From contig CAYTXC010000006.1 of the NCBI GenBank assembly GCA_964441425.1, positions 49,727 through 113,726 on the forward strand: a DNA stretch of 64,000 nt, given 5' to 3'. This document shows positions 10,854-21,333 of this stretch, one piece after another. This stretch comes from an uncultured Sphingobacterium sp. (lineage in GTDB: Bacteria > Bacteroidota > Bacteroidia > Chitinophagales > Chitinophagaceae). The first letter of the stretch is position 1. The number at the start of each line of letters is the position of its first letter. The notes beneath the pieces were generated by a model, which saw only the letters and a program-made list of their open reading frames with translations, had not been told where the DNA came from and did no database searches. The position numbers were made by a program, and so were the translations under genes.

Positions 10854-11555
10854 TCAACGCATAAATAAAAGGGCAGCCAGAGCAGCACCTAACATAGGGC
10901 CAAGAATGGGTATCCATGCGTATTGCCAATTTGAACTCCCTTTTCCAGAAATAGGCAATACTGCATGCGTGATTCGAGGCCCCAGATCACGGGCAGGATT
11001 AATAGCATATCCCGTTGATCCTCCTAAACATAATCCTATCGCCAATACTATAAAGGAAACAGGCAACGCATCAATAGACCCAATACCCGTTTCCGGTTTT
11101 GTAATAGAAAAAACAGCCACCATGAAAACAAAGGTTGCCATACATTCCGTTAGAAAATTATGAAATGAATCTTTGATGGCAGGGCCAGTTGCAAAAACAC
11201 CAAGAAATCCACCTTCCTGTCCTGGTTCTTCAAAATGCTTTCGGTAAGCAAGCCATGCTAAAGCAGAACCCACAGATGCTCCGGCAACCTGTGCCAAAAA
11301 ATATCCAGGAACACTACTCCATTCGAAGGATCCTGCAATAGCCAAAGCTAAGGTTACCGCTGGATTCAAATGAGCACCACTAATGGGAGCAGAAAAAATC
11401 ACGCCCACAAAAACTGCCATTGCCCACCCCAAGGTAATAATGATCCAGCCACTGTTATTCCCATAAGTTTTCTTAAGAGATACATTGATATTTACGCCAG
11501 TTCCTAATGTGATCAATAGTATGGTGCCAATAAATTCACCTAAAACAGGATTCAT
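10854..11555 (-). CDS. glpF: Glycerol uptake facilitator (MIP/aquaglyceroporin)
   Basis: Two NPA motifs (HLNPAVT, INPARDLGPR); six TM segments; in an operon with glpK and glpD. Confidence 0.95.
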   Translation of the reverse strand: MNPVLGEFIGTILLITLGTGVNINVSLKKTYGNNSGWIIITLGWAMAVFVGVIFSAPISGAHLNPAVTLALAIAGSFEWSSVPGYFLAQVAGASVGSALAWLAYRKHFEEPGQEGGFLGVFATGPAIKDSFHNFLTECMATFVFMVAVFSITKPETGIGSIDALPVSFIVLAIGLCLGGSTGYAINPARDLGPRITHAVLPISGKGSSNWQYAWIPILGPMLGAALAALLFMR

Positions 11556-11591
11556 ATGCAATCGTTTTTACGTAATTGAATGTACTAATTT

Positions 11592-13133
11592 TTATAGAAT
11601 GTATCGCTGTGCTATTTCATTGAATGAAGTAAGTTGATCTGCCTTCCACTTTTCATCCTTATTCATTTCTTGAGCCATCCACTCAACAATCCTGGGTGCT
11701 ATACGTATGGTTAGCCCTGCATCCAGTAATAAAAGCCTCGTTCTTCGAGCCAGTACGTCTTCCAGTTGCATTGCCAATTCTTCTCTTATCATCCAAATCA
11801 GTTCCGCTCTGGTAAAAGGATAATCAGGATGCCATTTTTCTGCATATACCTTACTCTCTTTTTCTATTTCTTTGATCTTGGCGAGATCCGTACCATATTG
11901 AGTTGGATTTTCTTCTTTCGTCCACCCCCGCAGTTTCAAATCGTCTGTTATGCATCTCGTTTTTTTAAGTTTACCTACAAAAATGGCGTTCTCTACCGCA
12001 TCTTTAGCCATCTTCCGATATGTGGTCCACTTACCTCCTATTATCGTTATTAATCCAGAGACAGATACAAGAATAGTGTGATCTCTTGACATCAGTGCGG
12101 TTGACCCTTTATTGGTTGATTTTACTAATGGGCGAAGACCAGCAAATACACTTAAAATATTTTTTCGTTCCAGTTTCCTTCCAGAATATTGGTTAAAATT
12201 TCGCATGATGAAATCAATCTCTTCATCGAAAGCCTCAGGCTCATCTGAAATTTCCTTGACAGCAGTATCGGTTGTTCCAATTACCACTTTACCATTCCAG
12301 GGAACAGCAAATAAAACTCTACCATCATCTGTTTTAGGTATCATCATAGCATGAGATCCCTGAAAAAATATTGGATCTACTACTATGTGTACGCCTTGAG
12401 AAGGAGTGAGCATGGCAGGTTGATCAGCTTTATCCATGGCAATCAGATGATCTGCAAAAATACCAGTAGCATTAATAACTGATTTAGATAGTATTCTAAA
12501 TTCATTGCCAGATAACACATCCTGGCATTTTACTCCACTAATTTTTTTATCTGAATACTCAAATCCTTTTACATCCATATAATTGAGCAAACAAGCCCCA
12601 TGATCAGCAGCCGTTAGGCCAAGCGTAATAGCCAATCTGGCATCATCAAATTGACCATCATAATACAATATCCCACCCTTTAGTCCGGTTGGATGGATAG
12701 AAGGAAGATGCTCCAATACTTTTTTCTTACCAAGCCAGCTCACTTTACCGATCTGAAGCTTACCTGCCAGGATATCGTATATGCTTAATCCGATACCATA
12801 AAACAAAAAAGAAAAGATCGAATAAACAGGAACGATAAATGGCTGAGCCCCTGTAATATGAGGAGCATTTTTTAATAAAATACCTCTCTCCCTTAAGGCC
12901 TCTTTTACGAGTTTGATATTCCCTTGCGCAAGATAACGAACACCACCATGTATGAGTTTTGTTGATCTTCCCGAAGTACCTTTTGCAAAATCATTTTTTT
13001 CAAACAGGGCAACCTTATATCCTCTTGAAGCAGCGTCCACTGCAATGCCCAATCCAGTTGCACCCCCACCAATCACTACCACATCCCATATTTCTTCTGA
13101 TCTTAACCTACTTAACCCCTGTTCCCGATTCAT
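11592..13133 (-). CDS. glpD: FAD-dependent glycerol-3-phosphate dehydrogenase
   Basis: VIGGGATGLG, GTSGRSTKLIHGGVRYL, GGKWTTYRKMA. Confidence 0.95.
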   Translation of the reverse strand: MNREQGLSRLRSEEIWDVVVIGGGATGLGIAVDAASRGYKVALFEKNDFAKGTSGRSTKLIHGGVRYLAQGNIKLVKEALRERGILLKNAPHITGAQPFIVPVYSIFSFLFYGIGLSIYDILAGKLQIGKVSWLGKKKVLEHLPSIHPTGLKGGILYYDGQFDDARLAITLGLTAADHGACLLNYMDVKGFEYSDKKISGVKCQDVLSGNEFRILSKSVINATGIFADHLIAMDKADQPAMLTPSQGVHIVVDPIFFQGSHAMMIPKTDDGRVLFAVPWNGKVVIGTTDTAVKEISDEPEAFDEEIDFIMRNFNQYSGRKLERKNILSVFAGLRPLVKSTNKGSTALMSRDHTILVSVSGLITIIGGKWTTYRKMAKDAVENAIFVGKLKKTRCITDDLKLRGWTKEENPTQYGTDLAKIKEIEKESKVYAEKWHPDYPFTRAELIWMIREELAMQLEDVLARRTRLLLLDAGLTIRIAPRIVEWMAQEMNKDEKWKADQLTSFNEIAQRYIL

Positions 13134-13142
13134 AAAACCATT

Positions 13143-14642
13143 TTAATCCTCTCCTTTAGACCAAGCTAATACAGCCCTTACAGCTCTTGTCCACCCTTTC
13201 AAATGTTGTTGTCGTTCCTCGCTATGCATTGTTGAAGTGTACTTTTGGTCTGCTTGCCAATAACCTTGTAGATCATCAACGGATTCCCAATAACCTACTG
13301 CCAGACCTGCAAGATATGCCGCACCCAAAGCGGTAGTTTCAATGATCTTAGGCCTTACTACAGTAACATCCAGCATATCGCTCTGAAATTGCATCAAGGC
13401 ATCATTAACGGTAGCTCCGCCATCAACTCTCAATTCTTTAATGGGAATGCCAGAATCTCCTTCCATGGCCACTAGAACATCTCTCGTTTGATACGCTATG
13501 CTCTCTAATGCAGCACGAGCAATATGTCCCTGTTCACTGCCTCTGGTTATACCTAATATCGTACCACGAGCATGTTGTTCCCAATGTGGTGCACCTAACC
13601 CGGCAAAAGCAGGAACAAGATAAACTCCTCCATTATTTTCAACTGAAGCAGCCAAAGCCTCTATTTCTTTTGACTCTCGTATGATCTTCAAGCCATCTCT
13701 AAGCCATTGAACAACTGCACCTGCTATAAATACGGATCCTTCTAATGCATATTGCATTTCACCATTGATTTTCCATGCCACCGTAGTCAATAAATTATGC
13801 TTCGATGCCACAGGTTTATTTCCTGTATGCATTAACATAAAACAACCTGTTCCGTATGTATTTTTAACCATACCCGGAGCATGACAAAGCTGACCGAAAA
13901 GTGCTGACTGCTGATCACCAGCCATACCTGCAACAGGAATACTGGCAGATGAGAGGAGTTCTTGCGTATAACCATATACTTCGCTATTGGAACGTATTTC
14001 CGGTAACATACTTCGAGGTATATCAAAAATGGTTAGCAATTCGTTGTCCCAATCCTGTGTGTGGAGATTGAATAATAATGTTCTTGATGCATTGGAAACA
14101 TCCGTAGCATGTACTTTCCCAGCAGTCAAATTCCACAACAACCAACTATCAACCGTGCCAAATGCCAATTCACCGGCATTTGCTTTTTCTCTTGCTCCCG
14201 GAATATGGTCCAGCATCCATTTGATTTTTGTTCCGGAGAAATACGCATCTAATACCAATCCCGTTTTATCACGGATCATCGGTTCCAGCCCCTGCTTCTT
14301 CCACGCTTCGCACAGGGAAGCCGTTCTGCGGTCTTGCCAAACAATAGCGTTTCCAATTGCCTTACCCGTTGCTCTATCCCACACTATGGTTGTTTCACGC
14401 TGATTGGTAATGCCAATAGCAGCAATATCTTTAGCGGTAAGCCCCGCTTTCATAATGGCTTCAGCAGCAACTCCGATTTGAGTACTCCAAATTTCTGCGG
14501 GATCGTGCTCTACCCACCCCGGCTGAGGAAAAATTTGGGTAAATTCTTTTTGAGCAACACTGATCATTTGCCCACGCTTATCAAAAACTATGGCACGAGA
14601 TGAAGTAGTTCCCTGATCCAGTGCTAAAATATATTGAGTCAT
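13143..14642 (-). CDS. glpK: Glycerol kinase
   Basis: [53 protein letters not shown] box at 14670-14677. Confidence 0.97.
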   Translation of the reverse strand: MTQYILALDQGTTSSRAIVFDKRGQMISVAQKEFTQIFPQPGWVEHDPAEIWSTQIGVAAEAIMKAGLTAKDIAAIGITNQRETTIVWDRATGKAIGNAIVWQDRRTASLCEAWKKQGLEPMIRDKTGLVLDAYFSGTKIKWMLDHIPGAREKANAGELAFGTVDSWLLWNLTAGKVHATDVSNASRTLLFNLHTQDWDNELLTIFDIPRSMLPEIRSNSEVYGYTQELLSSASIPVAGMAGDQQSALFGQLCHAPGMVKNTYGTGCFMLMHTGNKPVASKHNLLTTVAWKINGEMQYALEGSVFIAGAVVQWLRDGLKIIRESKEIEALAASVENNGGVYLVPAFAGLGAPHWEQHARGTILGITRGSEQGHIARAALESIAYQTRDVLVAMEGDSGIPIKELRVDGGATVNDALMQFQSDMLDVTVVRPKIIETTALGAAYLAGLAVGYWESVDDLQGYWQADQKYTSTMHSEERQQHLKGWTRAVRAVLAWSKGED

Positions 14643-14739
14643 AATGGGTATTAAGATAATTAAAATTGTCAAATTTACTATTCGTTAGAATTAGTGAATT
14701 AGCACATGAGCCAATTAGCTAATTTCTTACCTTGCAGCT

Positions 14740-16518
14740 ATGGACAAATTCATTGTTTCCGCCCGTAAATATCGACCACAAAATTTTTCAACTGTAGTGG
14801 GACAGTCGCATATTACCACCACGTTAAAAAATGCCATTCGAAATAAGCAACTGGCACATGCATTCTTATTTTGTGGGCCACGTGGGGTAGGTAAAACAAC
14901 TTGTGCAAGAATTTTGGCCAAAACGATTAACTGCATGAACCTCGATGCTGAGGGTGAAGCCTGCAATGAATGTACATCGTGCATATCGTTCAATAATGGA
15001 TCATCATTGAATATTCACGAGCTGGATGCTGCCAGCAACAACTCAGTAGATGATATCCGAAACCTGGTTGATCAGGTCCGATTTGCACCTCAGGCTGGCG
15101 AATATAAAGTGTATATCATCGATGAGGTTCATATGTTGAGTTCTTCTGCGTTCAATGCATTTTTGAAAACCCTGGAAGAGCCTCCTGCCTATGCAAAATT
15201 TATTTTAGCTACCACTGAAAAGCATAAAATTCTTCCAACTATACTTTCTCGTTGTCAAATTTTTGATTTTAAGCGAATAACCAATCAAGATACCGTTGAT
15301 CATCTTCAGGAGATCTGTAATAAAGAAGGAATAAAAGCTGAAAAATCTGCCCTACATGTCATCGCTCAAAAAAGTGAAGGCTGTATGCGTGATTCATTAA
15401 GTATAATGGACAAGATCGCCAGCTTTACCAATAATCAACTGACCTATACAAATACCTTAGAGCATCTAAATATTCTAGATGAAGATTATTTTTTCCGACT
15501 TCTCGAAAATATGCAACAACAAAAACTGGCAGAAGCACTGCTCGTTTTTGAAGACATCAACAGAAAGGGATTTGAAGGAGAAATGGTATTAAATGGGTTT
15601 GCAGAGTTTATCAGAAATATTTTAGTTTGCCGAGATACCAAAACGGTATCATTACTGGAAGCAGTTGAGGGATTCAGAGAAAAATATCAGGAAGCTGCAA
15701 AAACAATTTCACTTTCTTGGTTAGTATCTGCCTTGCAAATTTTAAATGAAGCGGAGATTAATTATAAACAAGCAAGAAATCGTCGTTTACACGTAGAGCT
15801 TTGCTTTATAAAATTGACTTATCTACATCAGGCCATCGAAGTTGCTCAGGATGGTGCTAAAAAAAAAATGGATAGTGTAAAACCTGTCGCATTCAGAAAA
15901 ATCGGGTTTGTAGAGGAAAAATCAGGAGCGGTATCAGCACCTACTGCTTCATCAACAACCGCTGCTCCAAAATTGACCATTAAAGAAACTAAAGAGGAAA
16001 AGCAAACTGCTCCTAATTCAGTATCGCCGAATCAGACTAAACCTGTAAGCTTACCCCCTCAGCCTAAATTTGGAAATCTTCAAAAAATAAGAGATCAGAT
16101 TTCCCGTAAACCACAGGTTGAACAGAACCAGATACCCTTAACTCAGGAAAAACTTCAGCAGGCCTGGGAACTATATGTCGATAAATTATTGAAGGCCAAT
16201 AATCCATCAGCTGCAACGAATTTCAGATTAGCTGTTCTTAAGATCCTGGATGATCAAAACTTTGATATCATAACCGAGGGAAATATCCAGCAAAAATTTA
16301 TAGAATCAGAAAGAGGAGGATTGATCGAACATTTGCAAACCTTCTTCAACAATAAAAATCTCAAGTACCATTTGATCTTGGAAGAAAATGAAGAAACTAA
16401 AGATAAAACCCCTAAAGACCGTCCAATTCCACCAAGGGAACAATATCAAAAAATGGTAGAAATGTACCCTCTTATAAAGGATTTGAGGGATCGGTTAGGT
16501 ATGGATCTAGACTATTAA
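14740..16518 (+). CDS. dnaX: DNA polymerase III subunit gamma/tau
   Basis: ARKYRP, GPRGVGKTT, DEVHML, SRC motif. Low-complexity linker after about residue 375 and a C-terminal domain; A10 run at 15859-15868. Confidence 0.97.
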   Translation: MDKFIVSARKYRPQNFSTVVGQSHITTTLKNAIRNKQLAHAFLFCGPRGVGKTTCARILAKTINCMNLDAEGEACNECTSCISFNNGSSLNIHELDAASNNSVDDIRNLVDQVRFAPQAGEYKVYIIDEVHMLSSSAFNAFLKTLEEPPAYAKFILATTEKHKILPTILSRCQIFDFKRITNQDTVDHLQEICNKEGIKAEKSALHVIAQKSEGCMRDSLSIMDKIASFTNNQLTYTNTLEHLNILDEDYFFRLLENMQQQKLAEALLVFEDINRKGFEGEMVLNGFAEFIRNILVCRDTKTVSLLEAVEGFREKYQEAAKTISLSWLVSALQILNEAEINYKQARNRRLHVELCFIKLTYLHQAIEVAQDGAKKKMDSVKPVAFRKIGFVEEKSGAVSAPTASSTTAAPKLTIKETKEEKQTAPNSVSPNQTKPVSLPPQPKFGNLQKIRDQISRKPQVEQNQIPLTQEKLQQAWELYVDKLLKANNPSAATNFRLAVLKILDDQNFDIITEGNIQQKFIESERGGLIEHLQTFFNNKNLKYHLILEENEETKDKTPKDRPIPPREQYQKMVEMYPLIKDLRDRLGMDLDY

Positions 16519-16613
16519 TAAAAGCAGAGGTTTTAATCCATGAATCCGCTACTTCGTAATCCGTAAATTTGTAGTATTTTCGGCCTCCGAAACCAAAAAT
16601 AAGCCCTTTTCAT

Positions 16614-18200
16614 ATGGCAGAAGTGATCAGAATGCCGCTTTTGAGCGATACCATGACGGAAGGAAAGATCGTCAAATGGAATAAAAAAGTTGGGGATAGT
16701 GTTAAAAGTGACGACGTCCTTGCAGATGTTGAGACCGATAAGGCCACCATGGAAGTAGTTGGTTATGTAGATGGTACTTTACTCTATATTGGTGTGGAAG
16801 AAGGCAAAGCTGCCAAGGTTAATGATGTCATCGCCATTATTGGTAAACCTGGTGAAGAGTTTAATTCTCTTCTGAATAGCGAGCCAAAAGCTGATGTAGC
16901 TGCAGCTCCCATTGCACCTGCGCCTGCTGCATCTTCTGCTCCAACCGTTACACCTGAAGAATTAGGCGTTACAGTTATCCGTATGCCATTATTAAGTGAT
17001 ACGATGACGGAAGGGAAAATCGTTAAATGGAATAAAAAAGTTGGCGATTTTGTTAAAAGCGATGATGCCATTGCGGATGTTGAAACCGATAAAGCGACCA
17101 TGGAAGTGGTTGGATATGTGGAAGGCACATTACTTCATATAGGTGTACCAGAAGGTGAGGCTGCAAAAGTGAATGGGGTGATCGCAATCATTGGTAAAGC
17201 TGGTACGGATATATCAGGGTTACTGGCATCGTTAGACCAGCCTCAATCGGCAGCTCCGGCCAGCACACCTTCAACTGCTCCAGCTGCAAGTTCAACTCCA
17301 ATAACAGCTGCAGCACCAACATTTTCCTCTACTGATGGTAGTCGGGTTAAAGCTTCCCCTCTGGCAAAACGACTGGCTGAAGAAAAGGGTATCAATATCA
17401 ACCAAATTCAGGGTTCTGGAGATGGGGGACGCATCATTAAAAAGGATGTAGATTCTTATCAGCCAGGTACCGCGGTAAGTCAAGTAGCAAACATTCCTGC
17501 ATTTGTACCAAGTGGAGAGGAAGGCTACACGGATACAGAGAACTCATCAATGAGAAAAACGATCGCACGCAGGCTTGGCGAAAGTTTATTTACTGCACCA
17601 CATTTCTATCTCACCATGGAGATCAACATGGATAATGCAATTGGTGTCCGTACTCAACTTAATGAACTCAGTCCGGTGAAAATATCTTTCCAGGATATGA
17701 TGATCAAAGCATGTGCAATGGCTCTACGTCAGCACCCGGCAGTGAATAGTAGCTGGATGGGAGATTTCATCAGAACCTATCATCATGTTCATATCGGCTC
17801 TGCCATAGCATTACCTGATGGCCTGATCGTTCCTGTTATTCGTCACGCCGATCAAAAATCACTTTCTCAGATCGCAGCAGATGCAAAAGAATTGTATGCA
17901 AAAGCACGCGATAAAAAAATACAACCTGCAGATTTCAGTGGAAACACATTCACCATTTCTAATTTAGGCATGATGGAAATTGATGAGTTCACCGCTATCA
18001 TCAATCCGCCAGACAGCTGTATCCTTGCCGTTGGACGGATCAAAGAAGTGGTTGTAAGAAAAGGTGATGGGTTTGGAGTAACCAATGTAATGAAGGTTAC
18101 TTTGAGTTGCGACCATCGAAGTGTTGATGGTGCTGTTGGTGCAGCTTTCCTCCAAACGCTAAAGAAATATATGGAGAACCCAGTGGCTATGCTCATTTGA
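16614..18200 (+). CDS. pdhC: Pyruvate dehydrogenase E2 dihydrolipoamide acetyltransferase with two lipoyl domains
   Basis: Two VETDKATMEV lipoyl motifs, ASPLAKRLA E3-binding domain, DHRSVDGA catalytic motif. Confidence 0.93.
   Translation: MAEVIRMPLLSDTMTEGKIVKWNKKVGDSVKSDDVLADVETDKATMEVVGYVDGTLLYIGVEEGKAAKVNDVIAIIGKPGEEFNSLLNSEPKADVAAAPIAPAPAASSAPTVTPEELGVTVIRMPLLSDTMTEGKIVKWNKKVGDFVKSDDAIADVETDKATMEVVGYVEGTLLHIGVPEGEAAKVNGVIAIIGKAGTDISGLLASLDQPQSAAPASTPSTAPAASSTPITAAAPTFSSTDGSRVKASPLAKRLAEEKGININQIQGSGDGGRIIKKDVDSYQPGTAVSQVANIPAFVPSGEEGYTDTENSSMRKTIARRLGESLFTAPHFYLTMEINMDNAIGVRTQLNELSPVKISFQDMMIKACAMALRQHPAVNSSWMGDFIRTYHHVHIGSAIALPDGLIVPVIRHADQKSLSQIAADAKELYAKARDKKIQPADFSGNTFTISNLGMMEIDEFTAIINPPDSCILAVGRIKEVVVRKGDGFGVTNVMKVTLSCDHRSVDGAVGAAFLQTLKKYMENPVAMLI
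16623..17200 (+). repeat. Intragenic duplication of the lipoyl domain (about 16623-16850 and 16974-17200)
   Basis: VIRMPLLSDTMTEGKIVKWNKKVGD...ETDKATMEVVGYV occurs twice, with many synonymous differences. Confidence 0.9.
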
Positions 18201-18207
18201 CATTAAT

Positions 18208-18576
18208 ATGAGTGGGAATAAGCAAACATTAGTAATTGGAGCCTCCGATAATCCTGACCGATATAGCTTTATGGCTATTAACCTACTGAGGCAACATCAC
18301 TACACTGTAAAAGCAATTGGAAGGAAACAAGCTTTAGTGTTGGATGTACCCGTTGAAACTGCGAAACAAGATCTAGAGGATATCCATACCGTTACCCTTT
18401 ATATCAATCCTGACCATCAGAAAGAATTTCAAGAATATATTCTTTCATTGCATCCCAAACGTATCATTTTCAATCCGGGAACAGAAAACCCAGCATTTGA
18501 AGAAAAAGCTAAAAGTGCAGGCATTGAAACCATGCAAGCTTGTACACTGGTTCTTTTACAAACTGGTCAATATTAA
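18208..18576 (+). CDS. CoA-binding domain protein
   Basis: TLVIGASDNPDRYS, TVTLY, RIIFNPGTEN, ACTLVLL. Confidence 0.88.
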   Translation: MSGNKQTLVIGASDNPDRYSFMAINLLRQHHYTVKAIGRKQALVLDVPVETAKQDLEDIHTVTLYINPDHQKEFQEYILSLHPKRIIFNPGTENPAFEEKAKSAGIETMQACTLVLLQTGQY

Positions 18577-19094
18577 TTGACTGCTTTATTGGCGCAACTA
18601 CTGCTGGCAAAAGCCTCAGGCTTGGCTTTGAATGCAAAACCCATCCCTAGAATGTACCCCATTGCTTCGCGTAATGCTTCATTACTTTTAAAACTTGGAT
18701 TGGTATTGATATCGGCATGTACTTCCATATCCACATCATATAAAGTAAAAAGATCGCAAAGCTCATAGGCAATCTCGATACTCTTGGCAACTTCAACCAG
18801 CATTCTCTCCTTTATAGAAAAGGACTGCTGTGTGCGCTCATTGTAAAGGAACATAAATCCGCCACGACCTTCCCTCAGAAAAACGATGACAGTAGCAAAT
18901 TCCGTTTCGGCTCCTTTGACCTGTGAATCTGTTCCAATGCAGACTTTAAGCTTATTACCGGCTTCTGTTTCGCGACGAATAGCATCTTCCACTGCATCTA
19001 TAATCGGCTCGGAGATCTGATCACCGTTAAATCGTCGCCACAATGCTTTCCGCTTTTCTAAGCCAAGTTGATCGATAGGACTATACATAGACAA
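18573..19094 (-). CDS. Ribonuclease H-like YkuK (DUF458) family protein
   Basis: CIGTDSQ, ERMLVEVAKSIE, VHADIN and KPEAFASS motifs. Start uncertain. Confidence 0.8.
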   Translation of the reverse strand: MSMYSPIDQLGLEKRKALWRRFNGDQISEPIIDAVEDAIRRETEAGNKLKVCIGTDSQVKGAETEFATVIVFLREGRGGFMFLYNERTQQSFSIKERMLVEVAKSIEIAYELCDLFTLYDVDMEVHADINTNPSFKSNEALREAMGYILGMGFAFKAKPEAFASSSCANKAVN

Positions 19095-19174
19095 GGGTTT
19101 GTTGAATTTACGATTATTAAAACCCTCTGCATGTAAAGGAGATCACATTTTTTCCCCAATGAAAATCGAAGCCG

Positions 19175-19792
19175 CTAAGTATTAAGAATTTCAGCTATGA
19201 ATGATAATAATTTATTTCGACCGGTAAATTTCACCGCACTTGTCACAAAATGAGGCGGCAATTCCGCCCAAGTCTCCTTTAAACTGCGCATAAAAGCATC
19301 TACATTACCCGCTACTATTTTTTGAGTTTCTTTATCTGCCTTGGTGAATACCAATGAAAAGGGTACTCTTAACCGACCCAGTTTATTTACAAAATCCAGA
19401 TCTACTTGCTGAGGCTTGTGCCGGCCATCGATCAAGACAAATAAATTAGCTAGGTTTTCACGCTTCACAATATAATTTTCGATCATCTTCTCCCAAGATT
19501 TTCGCTGAGACTGGGACACTTTTGCAAAACCATAACCTGGAAGATCTACTAAATACCACCTATACTGCTGGCCTTTTTCATCTCCAGAGAGCACATCAAA
19601 ATGATTGATCAATTGTGTTTTACCAGGAGTACCTGATGTTTTGGCCAATGATTTCTGCTGCACGATCATATTGATCAGCGAGGATTTCCCAACATTGCTT
19701 CGGCCGATGAAAGCAAATTCCGGTCGGTCTGCTTTCGGACATTTGTCCACTTCAGGACTGGAAATCACGTATGTAGCGGTATGTATATTCAT
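19175..19792 (-). CDS. engB: Ribosome biogenesis GTP-binding protein EngB/YihA
   Basis: GRSNVGKSSLIN, DLPGYG, TKAD. ATG 19792 (MNIHTA). Confidence 0.96.
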   Translation of the reverse strand: MNIHTATYVISSPEVDKCPKADRPEFAFIGRSNVGKSSLINMIVQQKSLAKTSGTPGKTQLINHFDVLSGDEKGQQYRWYLVDLPGYGFAKVSQSQRKSWEKMIENYIVKRENLANLFVLIDGRHKPQQVDLDFVNKLGRLRVPFSLVFTKADKETQKIVAGNVDAFMRSLKETWAELPPHFVTSAVKFTGRNKLLSFIAEILNT

Positions 19793-19870
19793 GATCAGAG
19801 ACCAAATACGAAAGTATTGTGAAAATTTTGGTTTAAGGATTTCGACAAAGATATCTGTTATCTTTGCCAA

Positions 19871-20620
19871 ATGCCGAAATATGCGCATGATAATGTTGTT
19901 CCATTTGAAGATTCCAACGCTTCAAAAAAGGAGCAGGTGGCCAAAATGTTTGATCAAATCGCAGGCAGGTATGATTTCCTAAACCGATTTTTGTCGGCCG
20001 GGATAGATATCTATTGGAGGAAAGTTATGCTGAAAAAGCTGAAACCCCTTCAACCTAAAGTCATACTGGATGTAGCTACCGGTACAGCAGATGTGGCTTT
20101 GATGGCGGAAAGAATGTTAAAGCCGGAACAGATCATTGGAATTGATATTTCAGTAGGCATGCTGGATCTGGGCCGTAATAAAATTGAACAAAAAAAGCTA
20201 TCACATATCATCACCCTTCAAAAAGGCGATAGTGAGCATATAGAATTCCCGGATAACCATTTTGATGCAGTGACCGTGGCTTTCGGCGTTCGTAATTTTG
20301 AAAACCTTGAGAAAGGACTTACTGAAATTTTACGGGTTCTTAAACCCGGCGGACAACTTTGTGTTCTCGAATTTTCTAAACCAAACTTACCAGGTATTGA
20401 ACAACTCTACCATTTGTATTTAGGTATCATCGCTCCTGAGATCGCTAAAATGATTTCAAAAAATAAAAAAGCGTATGCATATCTCAACGACTCAGTAAGA
20501 GCTTTCCCAGAAGGAAGAGCATTTACGGATATCATGGAAAAAACAGGTTTTAAAGACATCACATGCAAACGGTTAAGTTTAGGAATCAGCAGCTTGTACA
20601 CGGGAAAAAAGCCGTACTGA
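19871..20620 (+). CDS. menG: Demethylmenaquinone methyltransferase MenG/UbiE
   Basis: MFDQIAGRYDFLN, LDVATGTAD, AFGVRN, LKPGG. Confidence 0.93.
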   Translation: MPKYAHDNVVPFEDSNASKKEQVAKMFDQIAGRYDFLNRFLSAGIDIYWRKVMLKKLKPLQPKVILDVATGTADVALMAERMLKPEQIIGIDISVGMLDLGRNKIEQKKLSHIITLQKGDSEHIEFPDNHFDAVTVAFGVRNFENLEKGLTEILRVLKPGGQLCVLEFSKPNLPGIEQLYHLYLGIIAPEIAKMISKNKKAYAYLNDSVRAFPEGRAFTDIMEKTGFKDITCKRLSLGISSLYTGKKPY

Positions 20621-21324
20621 CCATTACCCTCTTCTTGTTTTCCATTATAGGTTTTACACAAGAACGAGGTGAAATGAATTTGTCAGATCATGACGATAAG
20701 CGTTATTATTTTGGTATTGTACTAGGATATAACACCTCACACTATAATACCACACATCACCCTTATTTTCTGCAACGAGATACGATTATGTCGGTTGAAT
20801 CTCTTAATTCAGGCAGAGTACACTTAGGCATCATGGCCAACTGGCAGGTAAATAGATTTTTTGATCTGCGGTTTTATCCATTGCACCTCATATTCTCAGA
20901 AAAGAAATTTAGATATACACAACGTGTGGCCAATTCAGGAGATGATCAACTCACGAATTTCCGTAATGTTGAATCCATCGTGATGAGCTTTCCACTGCAA
21001 GTCCGGCTCAAAAGTGATCGCATTCATAATTTTCGGGTATATACGCTTGCAGGTGCCAAATATGATTTTGATCTGGCATCAAATGCAGGCGCAAGAAATG
21101 CGGATGAACTGATGAAAGTTAAGAAAGGTGATTGGGGATTAGAGGCGGGTATCGGATTTCAATTCTTTTTTAAATACTTCATCTTATCGCCTGAAATAAA
21201 AATCAGTCAGGGTATGTCGAATGTGCATGTGCGTGATGAAGCCCTAAAATACTCCAATGTAGTGGATCAGTTGAAATCGAGAATGATCTTATTCTCGCTA
21301 CATTTTGAAGGAGGAGGTAATTAG
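20563..21324 (+). CDS. porT: PorT/SprT-family outer membrane beta-barrel (T9SS component)
   Basis: Hydrophobic N-terminus; HDDKRYYFG, alternating beta-strand pattern, FILSPEIK; the menG-porT linkage is typical of Bacteroidota. Start uncertain (58-nt overlap with menG). Confidence 0.75.
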   Translation: MQTVKFRNQQLVHGKKAVLTITLFLFSIIGFTQERGEMNLSDHDDKRYYFGIVLGYNTSHYNTTHHPYFLQRDTIMSVESLNSGRVHLGIMANWQVNRFFDLRFYPLHLIFSEKKFRYTQRVANSGDDQLTNFRNVESIVMSFPLQVRLKSDRIHNFRVYTLAGAKYDFDLASNAGARNADELMKVKKGDWGLEAGIGFQFFFKYFILSPEIKISQGMSNVHVRDEALKYSNVVDQLKSRMILFSLHFEGGGN

Positions 21325-21333
21325 CCAAAAATT

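Noticed and set aside
14682-14726. Short ATTAG/AATTAG reiterations (also 50533-50580, including the hairpin CTGGCTAAT-CCCC-ATTAGCCAG)
   Set aside because: Degenerate AT-rich intergenic filler with no constant repeat-spacer period; not a CRISPR array or MITE that I can support.
20563-20620. 58-nt overlap of porT with menG as dual coding
   Set aside because: Most likely start-site uncertainty or ordinary translational coupling.
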